Positions 53,948 to 64,000 of a stretch of DNA of 64,000 bases are shown here, piece by piece; position 1 is the stretch's first letter; each line of letters starts with the position of its first letter. A program made the position numbers and the translations under genes. The notes under the pieces are model-generated. The model saw nothing but the letters and a program-made list of their open reading frames with translations, made no database searches and was not told the DNA's origin. The DNA comes from Octopus bimaculoides (Eukaryota), in assembly GCF_001194135.2 (NCBI RefSeq), contig NC_068995.1:57867822-57931821 (forward strand), read 5' to 3'.

Positions 53948-55565
53948 ACCAACTCTATAGCCTTAATACGTCCCAAGAGTCTTTTCACGACGGTAATAAA
54001 ATTCACTAAAGATGGTCTTTTATTACCAATGCTGAAAAGTTGAAAGTAACAGCGGATCCTGATAGAATATATTCTTATAAGAAAACCAAAAAGTTTAGAA
54101 TAATTGAGTTGCAGATAATATGAACATAGGTTTAGTGAGATGTAATGCTTCATTTAGCTATAAACAACTACAGAAGAGGTTCTCTCAGTATCATACGTAG
54201 GGCCATCTTTAGGTGTTCATGAGCTCGGGCACCGTACCGAAATCGTGGACCTTTACCTCTATCGAAATATGAGGACATTATTTTGTTCATCGGCTCCATG
54301 AACCTTCTGGGCGCGCTGGGCTCTCGAGTTGCACATCTACTTCTCTTGCCTGCCATAAGCAAGCACAGATTTCGGGACCAATGAATGTCGCCGATTTTTC
54401 ATTGCTTCCCACCACTTTACCAGAATACGCTACACCACCCCCGTAGTTCCATAACGTACATATTCCCATGGGACATGCGAGTGTACATGAGAGTCGAGTG
54501 TTCTAGTCACGCACACAGGACTTCGCTATTGAGAATATACAAGCTTCGAAATCTTCCTCCTTCAACTGAAAGAAAAATCGAAAGATGCTGTACTCCATCC
54601 GCAACCATTCTCAGAAACCCATGTGTATATGTGTGTGTGTAAGTGTGTGTGCATGTGTGTGTAAATGTATATAAATATATATACATATGTATATATACAT
54701 ACACACACACACATTTATCTATATATATATAATCAGCATAGAGAAAAATAGTAAAAACTTGTAGAAACCAATGAAAAAGAAACAAAAATTTATAGAAAAC
54801 CAGTGCAAATACAGGGCTGAGATATAAGAATTTATATCTACATACATGCATGCATGCATACATACATACATACATACATACATACATACAAACGTGTCTG
54901 TGTGTGTGTGTATGTGTGTGGATATATATATACAGATATAGCTGTGCATGAATGTATGTATAAGTATATAAACGCTTATATATATATATATATATATATA
55001 TTGATAGCTATATAGATAAGTAGATATAAATATATATACGTATGCATGTATGTATGCTTGTCTGCATGTAAGTTTGTGTGTGTGTGTGAAACATATATGT
55101 ATATGTAAACGAAAGAAAGAATAAACAAAGTTATAACTGTTTGACTGTGATATAAATACACGAGATAATGTTTGATATCTTTCGGTTGTATCATGGAATA
55201 ATGATGTTCCGTAAAACGGTATTGGGTAGTGATGGAATGAGCAGTTCTTTTATCGTCTTCAGTGAAGTGAATATATTCAGAGCCTGTTTATCGTATTGCA
55301 ATCAGAAATGAGGAACAAACGAAACAAACGCATCAGGTGTTGTTTTGTTTCCTTTTTTTTTTCTTTCTTTTGTTTTGTCCTTGTTTTGTATTTCAGTGGG
55401 TTTATACATTGTTTTTCTCAAATACATCACGAGCTCTCATATTTTTTGGTTATACCTTACTCTCAAGCATAGAATCTCCTTTACGTTAATTTTCTCTCTC
55501 TCTCTTTTTCTTTCTAGTTTTCTTTTCCTTCTTTCCTTCTCTCTCTCTCTCTCTTTCTTTCTCTT

Positions 55566-55691
<126 letters not shown>

Positions 55692-56199
55692 TCTCTCCGC
55701 TGTGTGTGTATCTTTTTGCAAATATTTCTCCCTTAATATATTGCTTTGTGCTTCCTTCAATCGTTTCAAAACTCAGAAAGTCAAATCCAGTGTTACGATT
55801 CAGAAAGCTTCACTTTCTAATAAATAATAAGTTTCTAAACAATACAGACTACATTTTGAAAAGAGTTCTTCTTAACCGGTTCCTTCCTTCCTTTCTTCAC
55901 GTGTACCAACCCAAAGGTTGTGGCCATGCTGGAGCACTGCCATTTTCATTACCTTCTTAATGGCCGTTCTCATGTATTTGGCTTTTGATGAATAAGAGAG
56001 CTACCTTCATTTGAGTTCCTTGCCGTCATGTACGTTCACCTGAGATCTTCGAGGGCTAATTGTAAAAGCACTTCTTGAAAATATTTACCTCCACTCTGTG
56101 TAGATCCCCCAGGTTTTTTGGCAAGATATTAAGCAGTTGAGGGCCGCAGAAATCCAACTTATTGCAGTACCTGGTTCTTACTCTAGACAGGATAGTTGG

Positions 56200-56305
56200 A
56201 CCACAGGTTCCGTCTACCAAATACACTCACAAGGTATTGGTCGGCTCGAGATTGTGGGAGACACTAGCCCAAGGTACCTTGCAACGGAACTGAACTCGAA
56301 ACCAA
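56200..56305 (-). mobile_element. Partial SINE family B
   Basis: ttccgtctaccaaat.cactcacaagg..ttggtcggctcgag..gacact.gcccaaggt..gaactgaactcgaaacca. Confidence 0.65.
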
Positions 56306-56319
56306 AGATATATATATAT

Positions 56320-56421
56320 ACACCAGAGAAAGCACATAAATGCAAAACAAGGTGGAAAAAATAGTACTCGAATACCAGAGGTAGAATAATATGCTTTATT
56401 AAAAAGCAGCAAAAATATCAC
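56320..56421 (-). mobile_element. 3' terminus of a PLE pseudo-LTR
   Basis: aagcacataaatg..caaggtggaaaaaatagtactcgaataccagaggtagaataatatgctttatt.aaagcagc is highly similar to 58050-58131; AATAAA on the minus strand; abuts (TA)n. Confidence 0.7.
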
Positions 56422-56700
56422 CCATTGGATTTTTCTCTAAAAAATATACTCATCTCGACACAGTAGCAACACCTCAAGAGTCTTATCGAAAAAACGGAGG
56501 AGTCTATTCGAAGAATGAGATGGAAAGCCTTCTTCTTTGATACAGAGCAGAAATCTAACGGAATGAAATACAGACTTAAATCTTCCAAAAATCCACCACC
56601 TATTTCGGAATTGGAAGCCTTTGAAAAAAAACCTTTTCGGGCTCATTAGAAAAATTAAATTCCGCAAATTCAACAACCTACTACAGAGAGATATGTAGGA
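56422..56700 (+). mobile_element. Penelope-like element ORF N-terminal fragment (Naiad-like)
   Basis: DFSLKNIL..HLKSLIEKTEESIRRMRWKAFFF..YRLKSSKNPPPISELEAFEK/LFGLIRKIKFRKFNNLLQRD. The RMRWKAFFF / KxPP..EL..FE pattern is recalled from Naiad-type PLE proteins (not database-verified). Confidence 0.65.
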
Positions 56701-57043
56701 AAAAAATTAGAGACATTAAGAATTGCATCGATTAGTTATGTCAAAGTTAAAAACAAAATTGTTGTTTGTTGTTTATAGTTTCAGCTTAGAGCTGCGGCCA
56801 TGCTCATGTACCAGGGCACTTGGTGTTACAGAACTTACAGCCTTCGCAAAGTTAAGTTCGTCTAGAAGAGTAAATGTTTGTTAATTACAAGTAAATGCAT
56901 GAGGGAAGTGATGTTGGTTTGCTTTGGGTGTGCGGGTGTAGGCATGGGTGGGTGAGCCATGTATGTGAATACGCTGGTCATGTTTGTGAGTTTTCCACGA
57001 GTTCTCTCTCCCTCTCATCCTCATTCTCTGTCACATTCGCTCC

Positions 57044-57093
<50 letters not shown>

Positions 57094-57331
57094 ATATATA
57101 TGTATATATATATATCCACACACACACACACACACACACATAACTATGCATTCATATGTATATATAGAGAGAGAGAGAGAAAGAGAGAGCGACATAGATA
57201 TATATATACATATTATAGCCATACACAAACTCATACATACACACATACACATTCATACATCTATACACATATTTACACCTACATGCATATACATTTATAT
57301 TTACGCATATATACTAATATAGGTGCAGACA

Positions 57332-57373
<42 letters not shown>

Positions 57374-57998
57374 GAAGGAGATACTGAATGAATAAAAATG
57401 AGAAATGAAGAAAGGAAGGAAGGAAAGAAAGAAAGAAAGACAGACAGACAGACAGACAGACAAAAAAGCGTGACCGATATTGCATGCTAATGTAACGACC
57501 AGATATGGTAAACGAAGTCGTGTGCGCAGATTGATGTTGCTCACGCGTCCCCTCTATGTTAGGCCGCATGGGTAATAAAAAAATCGGATGTTGCTCACGC
57601 GTGGTCGATGGAGCGTGTCGGATTCTGACTGCGTCTCTTTGGTGAATTTCGATTTTTAACAGACACGATTTTTGAGATCAAATCACGACGACAGCAGCAT
57701 TACCAATAACTAAGCACCAAGTACCCGTTCCTGGTACCCTGACGCTATTGACTTTCTCCCTCCCCCCTCTCCCCCCCCACTCTCTTTTTTTACATACACA
57801 CACACGCATGTATATATACAAGCATACATAGTCATTCATATACACACACATACATACATACATATTTGCATGCATACACACATACATACACACATACATA
57901 CCTACACATACATACAAACATACTCACATACATACATGCATGCATACATCTCTCTCCCTCTTATATTCAGATACCGGGAGAAGAATCATTTCCGAATA

Positions 57999-58044
<46 letters not shown>

Positions 58045-58147
58045 GGAGTAAGCACATAAATGTGCAACAAGGTGGAAAAAAGAGTACTCAAATACCAGAG
58101 GTAGAGTAATATGCTTTATTTAAAAGCAGCAGAAATATAACAAAAAG

Positions 58148-58185
58148 CTGTTACTAGGAGTTTCACGTTCCCGTTCATCGGACAG
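58148..58185 (-). ncRNA. Minimal type I hammerhead ribozyme motif (U4C variant)
   Basis: Minus strand: CUGU-CCGAUGA-ACG(GGAA)CGU-GAAA-CU(CCU)AG-UA|ACAG. Stem I is 4 bp, stem II 3 bp with a GNRA loop, stem III 3 bp, cleavage triplet GUA. Confidence 0.65.
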
Positions 58186-58475
58186 TTTTGTTAGAAATGG
58201 GAGAGAAATGACGTTGCAATCAAAACTAATATAAAATTAAAACACATGAATCTGTTTCAGTGGTCGTTTCAAATAACGGTCTTAGGTATGCAATGAACCA
58301 AATAAACAAAACAAATGAATTCAATATAGATTTATCCTAATTTTTAAAAATCAAAGAAAACCTTAAATTGAATACCTAAGACCGTTATTCGAAACGACCA
58401 ATGAAACGGATCCATGTGTTTTAATTTTATATTAGTTTTGATTGCAACGTCATTTCTCTCCCATTTCTAACAAAA

Positions 58476-58513
58476 CTGTCCGATGAACGGGAACGTGAAA
58501 TTCTGAGTAACAA
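58476..58513 (+). ncRNA. Minimal type I hammerhead ribozyme motif (U4C variant, inverted copy)
   Basis: CUGU-CCGAUGA-ACG(GGAA)CGU-GAAA-UUC(U)GAG-UA|ACAA, with a quasi-palindromic stem III and one stem I mismatch. Confidence 0.6.
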
Positions 58514-58559
58514 CTTTTGTTATATATCTGCTGCTTTTAAATAAAGTATATATATATAT

Positions 58560-59247
58560 TTTCTCATTTTGGGGCTCTGTAAGAGCATTGGTAGGTTTGA
58601 TGATATAACGTGGAAAATATTGGTTACTCCATGGTTGTGTATGTTAATAAATGGAATAGTTTGTTCCTTGCTTTTTTTTTACTTTCGGAATCCTAAGTTG
58701 TGTGTTGTGTAATTTCATTGCTTTCGAGATTCCATTATCTATAAGTTTCACGGGATAATTTTGTTCTTGTAAGAAGTTTTTGAGTTTATGAAGTCTAAGT
58801 TGGCGTATTTGTGGATCAGTTACTATGGTGCAGATGCGTCTTGCCATACTCTATAGGATGTTCCTTTTGTTGTGTGAGGGGTAGCAAGAGTAGAAATTTA
58901 AATATTGGTGTGGTTTTTTTTTTGTTTTTGTAAAATGTCTTATTTTGATGTGAATGTCCAGGAATGGTAGTTCGTTGTAGCTATTTTCTGTTGTGAATTT
59001 ATAGATGGGTGCAGTGTGTTGAGGGTGTTGTAAAATGTTCTTTGGTCTTATTTTGGTCTAACCCAAAAAATGAAGCAGTCTTTGAAGTAGCGTTTCCGCA
59101 TCTTCACGATGTTTTCCTTGAAGTTGTGATCCAAAAATTTTCCTACTTCCTCATAAAGTCTACCTTCTAAGTAAGCTAACCCATGACTAGATTAGCATAT
59201 GAGAGTGCAAATTTCGTACCCATAGCCGTGCACTTTATCTGCATACA
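58560..59247 (-). mobile_element. Penelope-like element RT fragment (Neptune/Poseidon-type motifs), pseudogene
   Basis: YMQIKCTAMGTKFALSYANLVMG/YLEGRLY..KRYFKDCFIF..FYNTLNTLHPS/FTTENSYNELPFLDI..SMARRICTIVTD..LKNFLQEQNYP (RT motifs B', C, D, E and thumb). Confidence 0.88.
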
Positions 59248-59488
59248 GCTATGGGTACATTAGCACAACTTATAATGACATATACTCTAAGCTACAATTT
59301 ATATGTATTAATATATATTTTAATATATTTTTAATATATAAATAAATACTACTGGAAAGGTTATGAATTATACGATTGTTTACTTAAGTGTAGCAAAGTA
59401 ATATAGAAAACAAACCCATAGGTAAGGGGATGTTATTTGTATATTACTAAGTAAATTAGGTTTAATGATTCATTGGAATGAATGATTA

Positions 59489-59573
<85 letters not shown>

Positions 59574-59776
59574 ATTATGGTTGTATGTATTGTGTATGCA
59601 TGTAGGTATGTATGTATAGACAATAATATGTCTGTCAGGGATAAAATATGTCTCTCAGAGATCAAAATATGTCTCTCAGAGATGAAAATTTTATACGTAG
59701 GCAAGTTGTTATGCATTAATATAGCGTGTAAAGTTATAGATATAAATTCTGGTTCTAATAAGTATTTAATTAATAG

Positions 59777-59917
59777 TTTCAAGTTTAGTAAATTATTAAT
59801 GGTATATATTAAACCAAAATATAAGTGATATTAATAATTCTACACACTCCTTAGAATTATTAATATCACTTATATTTTGGTTTAATATCTGCCATTAATA
59901 ATTTACTAAACTTGAAA
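59777..59917. repeat. AT-rich palindrome, 66-bp arms with a 9-nt loop
   Basis: tttcaagtttagtaaattattaatgg..gtgatattaataattcta-cacactcct-tagaattattaatatcac..ccattaataatttactaaacttgaaa, with about 2 mismatches. Confidence 0.9.
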
Positions 59918-60297
59918 TCCTCAGTAGAAATACACCGATAAACAAATAAACAAGAAATACATATATATACCGATAAATCTATTGGTAGATACCAATATAT
60001 ACATGCATTTCTTCAAAATTAATTTTACCGATACGGTCACTTTTTATACGCAAACTACTAATATAATCATTTTAATGATTATATCCTTAATTTATCAGTA
60101 AAAATAATTTCACATTATACTGCGGGACTGTATTTACCCCATATAATTTCTGACACTAGCCCCATGGTCGAGATGGGCTAGTAGATAGAATGTATACGCG
60201 GGAAATGCATGTATATATTGCTTTCTACGAATAGATTTATCGGTATGTATGTGTATTTCTTGTTTATATGTTTATCGGTGTATTTCTGCTGAGGATT
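59916..60297. repeat. Fold-back/MITE-like unit with ~95-bp terminal inverted repeats and an internal GC hairpin
   Basis: 59916-60011 (aatcctcagtagaaatacaccgataaac..atacatgcatttc) is the approximate reverse complement of 60202-60297. Internal hairpin actagccccat-ggtcgag-atgggctagt at about 60155-60183. Confidence 0.8.
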
Positions 60298-60647
60298 ACA
60301 AAGCAATTTCTATTGCAGGTTATGAAATCTTAATGTATAGGATTATCCGAAATTTTGTAAATCTTCTTGCTCGTTACCTCGCATCCGACTTAGTGTTATA
60401 GATTGAGAACTAATTTAGAGTGGATTGTAGGTATTTAACATCTACTTTTATCGTATAGGCGCTGGCATTAAAGAGCCCTTAATTCTATTTTATAATTAAT
60501 ACGTAAAAATTAATTTTACCGATACCGTTACTTTTTATACTCTATCCACTGATATAATCATTTATTGATTATATACTTAATTTATAAATATATTTATATA
60601 GTGTTATTTAAAAGTAGGAGATGGATTTTGTATTAGACTTTTATTAG

Positions 60648-60692
60648 GTACAACATATGTTTCGACCCATCAGTCTGGGTCTCTTCATGTAC
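60648..60692 (-). ncRNA. Degenerate minimal hammerhead ribozyme motif (C3A) in a putative PLE 3' end
   Basis: Minus strand: GUAC-AUGAAGA-GACCC(AGACUGAU)GGGUC-GAAA-CAUAUG-UU|GUAC. It has a 5-bp stem II and palindromic stem III ACAUAUGU, and is immediately followed by AAUAAA. Confidence 0.55.
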
Positions 60693-60989
60693 ATTGATAA
60701 AGAAGTCTCGCTAGAGATTTTTTGCTTTGTGTTCTACGTTTTTGTTTAAAATCGTTGTTAAGATCACCAAAAATCTCTTGGCTGGGGTTCTGAAGTTGTT
60801 TTTATCCCGTAAAGAGCAATATTTTTCCTTCGTAAAACGCCCATCTACCTTGAAAAAAAAAACATACATACAAGATGGCGTCACCAACTCCTTCATTGAA
60901 GCATTGAGTGTGGAGAACCGTATCTTTCATCAGCCACCACCACCCTCCCTTACGAATACTTTCTTCCCCTTCTGTCGCTCACTCCCCTT

Positions 60990-62095
60990 CAAGACTATAA
61001 GATAAAGGGTGACAGCGGCGGTAGCAGCAACAACAACAGTAATGAAACCAACAAGAGAAATCTGAACTGTGAAAGAGCACAAGAAATCAGCAGCGGCACC
61101 TCCACCACCACCACCACTAGTAGTATCAGCAGGAAGTTAGGCAACGAACATATTGAGAACAACAGCAACAACAGTAACCCCACCAACACCACAGTCATTA
61201 CAACAACAGTATTCAAACAAAAACAAACAGGGAGACGGTGAACGACAAGAGCTGTGCAAAGGACGTTAATGAAACCAGCGAGAACCTTAAAGACGCCAAC
61301 AACAATAGCAAGAGTTCTTCCGATGTGGATAGCGCCAAAAAAGAAATGTTTTCGCTAGCCCTGGATGGGAAAATTCAAGAATTAGCTGAAGCCAAAAATA
61401 TCAAATATGATGGGGGTAAGGCAGCGGTATTTGTGCCTCCAGAAATAATTCAAGAACGGGGAAAAAAGAACTTTGTATCTCACAAGAGCAGAAGAGAAGA
61501 ACCGGCCCCAGTGACTCGTGTGGAGAAGGCCTTGAAAAACATCTTGGAGGATGTGGCCCACATGCAGAAAGAAAGACGGTTTTCCACCATCGAGATCCTC
61601 TTCAAAAGCGAGAACCTCGCACGAAAGCACTCAGTAACACTTCGTTGGAGTGAGGAGTGTATCCTATACCCGACATATCTGTCAAGAAGAACTGCCAGGT
61701 TACGGATATCGGGTGTGCCGTCTGTAATCAACAGTTGGTGGATGGTGGCATGCATGGTATTAGAAGAACTAGACACACTCCTAGAAGTCAACCGAAGCAG
61801 CTGGAAGAACTGGTCCAGGATAAATATAGAGATCTTGTTTCATGGGAAGCTAGAAAACATTAATCAATTCCCGGATAGTTGCCCGACGAGATATAACTAC
61901 GGGTTGTCGTGGAAGGCCAAAAGCCCAAATGCGACCGTTGTGGGCCCACAAGTCACTTTACCTACATTCTGCCCCCAAAAGATAGGAAGTACGAGTCTAC
62001 TCTCGCTATCTACACTACACTCTCAACAACAGAAACAACGAAGACGGAATGCTGCACTTGCAGTTTCATCAACAACAGAGCATTCGCTGCAGTAG
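60990..62095 (+). pseudogene. LINE ORF1-like (gag-like) pseudogene: low-complexity N-terminus, RRM-like region, decayed zinc knuckle
   Basis: ORF 61238..62095 (285 aa, GTG start) has non-repetitive composition (..LYPTYLSRRTARLRISGVP..). A frameshift near 61900 continues as VEGQKPKCDRCGPTSHFTYILP (CxxC-x4-H knuckle lacking the final Cys). An upstream open frame from about 60999 is also frameshifted. Confidence 0.6.
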
Positions 62096-62169
62096 GTCAC
62101 ATTTCTGCTTTTACTGTTCATATTTGCATTTGTAAATATTCTTCCGGTTTTATGCTAATATACTGACCG

Positions 62170-62828
62170 CAATGCATGGATTGAATGTCATTGCACTTGG
62201 ATATTATAAATGTTTTATCATTGTTGTTTAGGTCAAACTCTGCTTTTGTCAATAATTGCTTCATGATTTATGGTTGCTTTTTACTTTGAACAGGTGTTCC
62301 ATCAATAATTAAAGCTTTTAGTTCGTAACTTTGACCGATGTTATGCAAGATTTGAGGGCGATAAGCTATTTTGATGACATGGATTGAGTCACTTGAAATT
62401 GTATGATGTTCTGTACTTGTGTTCCTATTTTTGGGATTAGTCTAATTTGTTTTACAAGTATTTGTTTTGCATGGTGTATACTATTTTCTATAAGCAGGGA
62501 TGGATATTTTTGTTTGAGTAGAAATCCTTTGAGTTCGGTGAGACGTTTGCCTCTGGTATCCACATCATTAAAAATAGTACAAAATTTCCTGTTTAGACAG
62601 TATGGGATATTCCGTATGGCATGAATTGGGCTGCATGATTTAAAGTTCAGGATATTCCGTATGGTATGAATTGGGCTGCATGATTTAAAGTTCAGGATAT
62701 TCCGTATGGTATGAATTGGGCTGCATGATTTAAAGTTCAGGGGCCGATGTGCATCTGCGTATTTAGAATATATACCAGTAGCGTTGGTGATGTCATTTTT
62801 AATTACCATGCTGTCGAGAAATGGTAAT
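62170..62828 (-). mobile_element. Second Penelope-like element RT C-terminal fragment
   Basis: LPFLDSMVIK..TGIYSK..LNFKSC..RNIPYCLNRKFCTIFND..RLTELKGFLLKQKYPSLLIENSI..; homologous to, but diverged from, 58560-58900. Confidence 0.82.
62606..62740. repeat. Three tandem copies of a 45-bp unit inside the PLE RT
   Basis: gatattccgtatgg(c/t)atgaattgggctgcatgatttaaagttcag x3 with one substitution; in frame (LNFKSCSPIHTIRNI x3). Confidence 0.95.
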
Positions 62829-63167
62829 NNNNNNNNNNNNNNNNNNNNNNNNNNNNNNNNNNNNNNNNNNNNNNNNNNNNNNNNNNNNNNNNNNNNNNNN
62901 NNNNNNNNNNNNNNNNNNNNNNNNNNNNNNNNNNNNNNNNNNNNNNNNNNNNNNNNNNNNNNNNNNNNNNNNNNNNNNNNNNNNNNNNNNNNNNNNNNNN
63001 NNNNNNNNNNNNNNNNNNNNNNNNNNNNNNNNNNNNNNNNNNNNNNNNNNNNNNNNNNNNNNNNNNNNNNNNNNNNNNNNNNNNNNNNNNNNNNNNNNNN
63101 NNNNNNNNNNNNNNNNNNNNNNNNNNNNNNNNNNNNNNNNNNNNNNNNNNNNNNNNNNNNNNNNNGC

Positions 63168-63251
<84 letters not shown>

Positions 63252-63280
63252 TATATATGTATGTATGAATATATATCTAA

Positions 63281-63311
<31 letters not shown>

Positions 63312-63934
63312 AGCAAGCACATGCACACATATATGCAAATACATACATATATATGTATGTGTGTGTGTATATATACAAATACATATCGACATACATGCAT
63401 ATGTATACACATACATATATACACACGCATATATACATGCATGTCAGTATGTATATATATTTACATATATATATAAATAAATGCGTGTATGTGTGTGTAA
63501 TTTTTGGAAGCAAACACGCTATGTACATGCACAACATTCCTGAAAATATATACACCATGCGATAAATATGATATCCCGTCCAAACTGCCTCCTTGGTTTC
63601 CTGAAAGAGACGGTGAAGGATTACAGGATAAAGCTAAATGTTCTTAACCGGATTACAGAGAGGAGAGACACAGCTGTTGAAGTGAACTTTTGTACGGACA
63701 ACGATGGCATAAACTGATAAGCGGACAGTCAGACAAACAGGCAGACAACTGGATCGAATGAGAGTCAGAAAGATAGAAGCGTGGTTTTAGCTACGCCATT
63801 CTGGTTCTCATAAATGTCTCACTTTGTAATATATACATGTAGCTTTGATACATATCCATATAGGCACACAAATATATATATGTATATGTACATAGATATA
63901 CATACATATATATGTATGTGTGTGTGTGTGTGTA

Positions 63935-64000
<66 letters not shown>

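Larger units (their letters stand above)
58045..58549. mobile_element. PLE pseudo-LTR with inverted duplication (arms 58111-58293 and 58368-58549)
   Basis: The ~180-bp arms are reverse complements with a ~75-bp spacer. Both ends abut (TA)n. Each arm carries a hammerhead motif and AATAAA. A PLE RT fragment is adjacent. Confidence 0.8.

Noticed and set aside
54170-54560. GC-richer unique stretch with several short overlapping ORFs
   Set aside because: No motif was recognised in any of the frames examined.

Overview
Repeat-saturated, gap-rich (many N runs) animal genomic DNA with no intact host protein-coding gene recognisable. Almost all ORFs in the supplied track are artefacts of (CA)n/(TA)n/(GA)n/(TAA)n/(GGT)n microsatellites or N gaps. 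The repeat complement suggests a cephalopod, probably Octopus (inference from recalled SINE families and composition; not verified). Identifiable content is decayed mobile DNA: (1) R4/Dong-type RLE LINE fragments (three C-terminal fragments, one 3' end, one RT fragment); (2) Penelope-like element (PLE) fragments of two apparent clades, with a ~180-bp-arm inverted pseudo-LTR and minimal hammerhead-ribozyme motifs, all with core or stem substitutions; (3) a LINE ORF1-like pseudogene; (4) mariner, Tc1 and Tigger/pogo relics, including a TIR-complete 366-bp mariner deletion derivative; (5) at least three tRNA-headed SINE families; (6) a 37-bp satellite array; (7) several long fold-back structures. 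The most interesting stretch is about 56.3-62.8 kb (PLE, hammerhead and fold-back cluster). I found no convincing evidence for a wholly new system; the findings are mostly variants of known retroelement biology plus some speculative promoter/exon signals.
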